64,000 nucleotides of DNA from Amphiscolops sp. MND2022 (taxonomy: Eukaryota): NCBI GenBank assembly GCA_964187785.1, contig OZ076420.1, positions 27,466,001 through 27,530,000 of the forward strand, written 5' to 3'. Both the position numbers and the translations under genes were made by a program. Under the pieces are notes generated by a model. That model did no database searches. It worked only from the letters and a program-made list of their open reading frames with translations, and had not been told where the DNA came from. Position 1 is the first letter of the stretch. The number at the start of each line of letters is the position of its first letter. This document shows positions 60,901 through 64,000 of the stretch, piece by piece.

Positions 60901-62700
60901 TGTGACGCAATCCATGTCGTTTTTTAGTCGACGCTTTTTGTAAAGTTGCAAGTTTCTTCTTTGGTAGATGGCTGACTTCAAGCTGAATAACCAACTTTTT
61001 ACAGACTTCACACATAAGATCGTAAGTATCCAAAGGACCCACTTTGGAATTTTTTTACTTGAATTGCATGCGACCTAAGCCCCCTACCTCGGGTATTTTT
61101 CGGCATTGAGAGATTCTGCAAACTTTCAACAAGAACATCCCTTTAGTATAATTTAAAAACTTTGCGCTTTTCGGCTCTTCAGCAGGGGTCCGACTTGAGA
61201 CGTTCCCATCTTGTTCTGTGCTGCGCGGAACTTGAAAATCCCTTTAAAATCATTTTCAGTGATTCAAAAGAGCAAGAGTTGTTGCAAAAAATGTGAAGAA
61301 ACCCGGACTGTGAGGATTTAAGCATCTGTCATGTGATGGGGGCCAAAATGATGATGTCAGAATACCTGATTCTAATTGGGTGGGGTCCAAATGATCTGGA
61401 AGAGGGTTGGGTTCACTTGGTTGCTGCTGCAGTGAAGTGCCAAGATACTGCGAAGAAGCACCGCCTGTACCTTGAGAGATGCAGCTCCTCACCACGTCCG
61501 ACTTGATTGAGGGGGCAGCAGACCTGGTATCGTAGCACTCAGACAAGTTCTCACGTACCCAAAAATGCCTGAAACCAAACCACATTATATCAAAAATTCT
61601 TTTTGCAAACAAAAACACACTGAGAACAGCTGCAAGCCGGCGCAAAAATTGGACACTAACGAGATTCGAACCCCTTCCTATTGTTTCGGCAGCCAATGCT
61701 CTAATCACTGGGCCAACTGCCATATAAAGCTCGGCCGCCATGTTTATTTCGTCGCATTCGTGTTGGTCTTTAATAAACCAACAGTAGTAATAACTGTGGT
61801 AGACTGGTGGGTCAAGGGGGAACCTTTCGAGACATGGAAATTTTTTTGAAAAAAAGTCTCACAGAGCCAAAAAAAATCGAAAAGGGGACTATGCAGTCTT
61901 GTCGTGTTTTGTATGTTACGTTAAAAGGGAAAAATGAAAGGGTGATCCTTTGCACTAACTTAGATGCGTTTCCGTTGGCCGGTCCAGTAGTTTAGTAGTT
62001 TCTGTAAAAAGTGTTCACTACGCATATATTCAGTAATCTGGCGGAAAAAAAATTTGCCACTGTAACAGTCGCACTCATGTTGTTAAAATGCGCCGACTTA
62101 AAAGAATAACTAAGCTTACTTTTTCTAAAATTTTAGAATTGTTATCAAAACATCAGGGGCTTCAGTAAAATTAGGGGGACGATTGAACATAAAATTTCTC
62201 AAAAATTTAGAGCAAAGTAGACCAAAAGTGAGAAAATCCTCAATTTTGACCGAAATTTGGCTAAAAATGGCCTATCGTAAGTTTTATGATTTTCAAACCA
62301 ACATATTTGTAAACTGAATAAAAATGTAAGAAACTTTTTTAGTTTTACCATTTTTGAGATGATCACTGCCGTTTTTTAAATATTCAATTTTGTGATTTGA
62401 CTCATATTGCTTTTATACTATCACTACTGCAGTTAACTAAAAATTTGCAACCGACTCTTTGGTTCTAAAAACTAGATTAAAATTAAAGGTTGAATGATTG
62501 AAGTGCAGATGACGCAAATAGAAACGGAATAGGATGTAAACCCGTGAGACCATAAAACAAACGTACAAGAGTTGACTTTCGAAGGCAACCTCGGCAGAGT
62601 ACGATAAGCAGTTTAAACGATCAAACAGGTGATGATAAATTCCGATTTTCCACAGAATATCAGCAGAAATCTGAGCTTTACATTTGTCTCGCCGAACTTC
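48665..62700 (-). CDS. Multi-exon host gene, >2,100 aa low-complexity (S/N/Q-rich) protein, tentatively a p160/NCOA/Taiman-like nuclear receptor coactivator
   Basis: Exons 62567-62700 (tentative), 61303-61568, 60253-60521, 58700-59902, 57440-57695, 56458-56974, 55659-55880, 54774-55021, 53808-54118, 52058-53276, 49991-51781, 49315-49346 and 48665-48918 are GT-AG flanked and phase-compatible throughout. Motifs SKLLKLIT, IMLNLLD, LTELL, LKTLL, HFWVRE and LEELDGGL. Gene model is confident, identity is tentative, and the 5' and 3' ends are unresolved. Confidence 0.8.
49315..49346 (-). CDS. Host gene 32-bp microexon (YSPPITLTNFQ)
   Basis: TTTGCAG acceptor and CAG|GTGAG donor. It supplies the phase 1 to phase 0 change needed between its neighbours. 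Confidence 0.6.
49991..51781 (-). CDS. Host gene large Q/S/N-rich exon
   Basis: 547-aa ORF extended upstream to a TTTTAG acceptor, with a GTTAGT donor. Confidence 0.88.
52058..53276 (-). CDS. Host gene exon (contains LTELL)
   Basis: 406-aa ORF, polypyrimidine-CAG acceptor, GTCAGT donor. Confidence 0.88.
53808..54118 (-). CDS. Host gene exon
   Basis: ORF 53760-54158, AAG|GTCAGC donor, phase-compatible with neighbours. Confidence 0.78.
54198..54371. mobile_element. Tc1/mariner (pogo/Tigger-type) MITE, 174 bp
   Basis: TA|CAGTGGAATCCGGCTAATTCGTA ... TACGAATTAACCGGAGTTGACTG|TA: imperfect ~23-bp TIRs, TA TSD and internal TACGAATTAACCGG repeats. Confidence 0.85.
54774..55021 (-). CDS. Host gene exon (contains LEELDGGL)
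   Basis: TCCAG acceptor, GTCAGT donor, phase 2 to 1. Confidence 0.8.
55659..55880 (-). CDS. Host gene acidic exon (not in the supplied ORF frame)
   Basis: TTTCAG acceptor, GTTAGT donor, 222 bp, translating as DDNFGGGGG...LNDVLFPEFEEFETMITNTDLDLGIESPE. Confidence 0.8.
56018..56357. mobile_element. ~340-bp MITE (hAT-like termini), copy A
   Basis: Imperfect TIRs CGAGGTTTTAACATCGCT / AGCGTTGTCAAAACTCTG. Related to 58097-58439. Confidence 0.55.
56458..56974 (-). CDS. Host gene S/N-rich exon
   Basis: TTTGCAG acceptor, AG|GTTAGT donor, inside the 234-aa ORF. Confidence 0.85.
57440..57695 (-). CDS. Host gene exon (polyQ start, KKRSR basic patch)
   Basis: CCAG acceptor, GTTAGT donor. Confidence 0.8.
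58097..58439. mobile_element. ~340-bp MITE (hAT-like termini), copy B
   Basis: CAGGGTTTTGGCATCGCTAAT vs the reverse complement of the 3' end, CAGAGTTTGGACACTGCTAAT. Shares ATCGCTGAAAAATTCCT with copy A. No clean TSD. Confidence 0.6.
58700..59902 (-). CDS. Host gene exon with NR-box-like motifs
   Basis: 412-aa ORF, AACTAG acceptor, 1203 bp phase 0 to 0. Contains SKHGSKLLKLITDK and IMLNLLDLD. Confidence 0.88.
60253..60521 (-). CDS. Host gene exon
   Basis: CAACAG acceptor, GTACGC donor, inside the 147-aa ORF. Confidence 0.78.
61303..61568 (-). CDS. Host gene exon (starts HFWVRE)
   Basis: TTTCAG acceptor. Phase-1 donor GTTTCT is weak. Confidence 0.65.
61657..61721 (-). pseudogene. tRNA-derived SINE head in an intron
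   Basis: Minus strand TTGGCCCAGTGATTAGAGC (A-box-like) ... GGTTCGAATCTC (B box). Confidence 0.55.
62567..62700 (-). CDS. Tentative upstream exon of the host gene (possible PAS-B C-terminal part)
   Basis: GTACGT donor in phase 2 joins to give ...AEVAFESQLLHFWVREN. Acceptor is weak. Confidence 0.4.
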
Positions 62701-64000
62701 CTGACTTTTAGTTTCTTGCAAAAAAAATCAATTTAGAAGTTTTAATTTTCAATGTCTTTCACATCTTTGAGCAAAAGAACCATAAATTAAAAAGCTGTCC
62801 ATTGGTATATAGCAACAGTGCAATTAAAAACCCATTATTTTTATGAAGTCACTACTCATGGCAATCAATCGTTAAACTGGTAAGTCTTTCTGGGAGAAGA
62901 AGATTTTTTTCTGGGAGAGTTTGATGAAGTCTTGAGGGCAGCACTAATGGAAACAAAGGTTACTTGTTGCAATTAAAAGAATTGACGTCGGCGTCTGACA
63001 CGAAGAAGATATAGAAAGAAACGTCTCATTTCATTCAACAACGTTTTCATAAACGAAGGACTTGTTTAAAAACGAACGTTTGAGCAAGCGCTTTTCGAAA
63101 GAACAGCTAAATTTCATTACTACTTTATTCTTCAGGCCTCGGAATCACACTGAAAGGTCAACTTTTACAGAGGGAGGATTACTTTTGTTCATTTGAAGTA
63201 TTGCGTTTGCACCATCGTATTTTACGCTTTCTAGGAAATCAGAAAAGGTAAAATTCTTCGTTCAAACTTTCGGCAAATTTACTATAGATATGTATTGAAT
63301 CAAACTGGCAATGGCATACGTCGGTCTCACGCTCAAAGCTCACCTAGCCGGGAACAGCATAAATCGGCGCCCCATTTGATGATACAAAAAACACAAAAGG
63401 GCCCTTTCCGCTTAAAAACGCTTTTCCCTATCCAAAAATATTTCAAAAAATTAAAGTATCCTTCTGTAAAACTGATTTTTTTCGCAAAAGTCGCACAATG
63501 CCGAAAATAACCAATTATGTTTCGAAAAAATCTCATTTAATCCGAAAAAGTATAAGAAAAAAGACTGGGGAGACCCTTTCGAATAATTAGCATTTTTGTA
63601 GATTTTGGCATTGGCTATGAAAATGGTCGACCGGATTGAAAAAAAGACGAATAGTCCAGTCGCGTTTTATTTCAAAAAGCGCCGACTTTAAAAAGACTGT
63701 AGTAATTGGGACTTTCCAGGCAACTAAATCGCCGACTAAAAAATGACAATTTTCATTTTCAATCATGTACTGTGGTGTGAAGTGATCGTTATAATTTCGA
63801 AGCTAGAATCCTAAACTTAGCGACATCGTTTTCAGTTTTGGAAATTTCACACGTGCTTTGCGTTTTGCTTTCTTGCGAGAAGATCCGTGAGTTTTCCGCC
63901 TCGTGTGGGTATCATGACAGCCTTTATAAGAATTTTTCAAGTGTCCACTTCAATTGCTGTTGCTAATTTTCTCACTGACCAAACACTCATTTTTCTTACA

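Overview
AT-rich eukaryotic (animal-like, GT-AG introns) genomic DNA in two zones. (1) About 1-47.8 kb is a transposon and virus graveyard expanded by three near-identical tandem duplications. The first is a 560-bp pair (788-1909) holding a Penelope-like ORF 5' fragment. The second is a 4.66-kb x 2.1 array (1924-11692) built on a decayed BEL/Pao LTR retrotransposon. The third is a 13.7-kb pair (15054-28721 and 28742-42399) joined by a 20-bp partly templated filler. Each 13.7-kb unit carries a strongly diverged but open uS5/RPS2-like ORF, an ~85-bp satellite, and a decayed Polinton/Maverick (adintovirus-like) gene cassette, all on the minus strand: small TM protein, packaging ATPase, integrase lacking its core, penton, pX-like protein, major capsid, adenain protease and pPolB. 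It also carries an unassigned Cys-rich region and a Ty3/Gypsy gag with no pol. (2) About 48-62.7 kb is one minus-strand host gene of at least 12 phase-consistent exons, including a 32-bp microexon. It encodes more than 2,100 aa of mostly low-complexity sequence with LxxLL-type motifs, tentatively p160/NCOA/Taiman-like, and its introns carry MITEs and a tRNA-derived head. All homology calls come from motif recognition by eye, no database search was run, and boundaries of decayed features are approximate.
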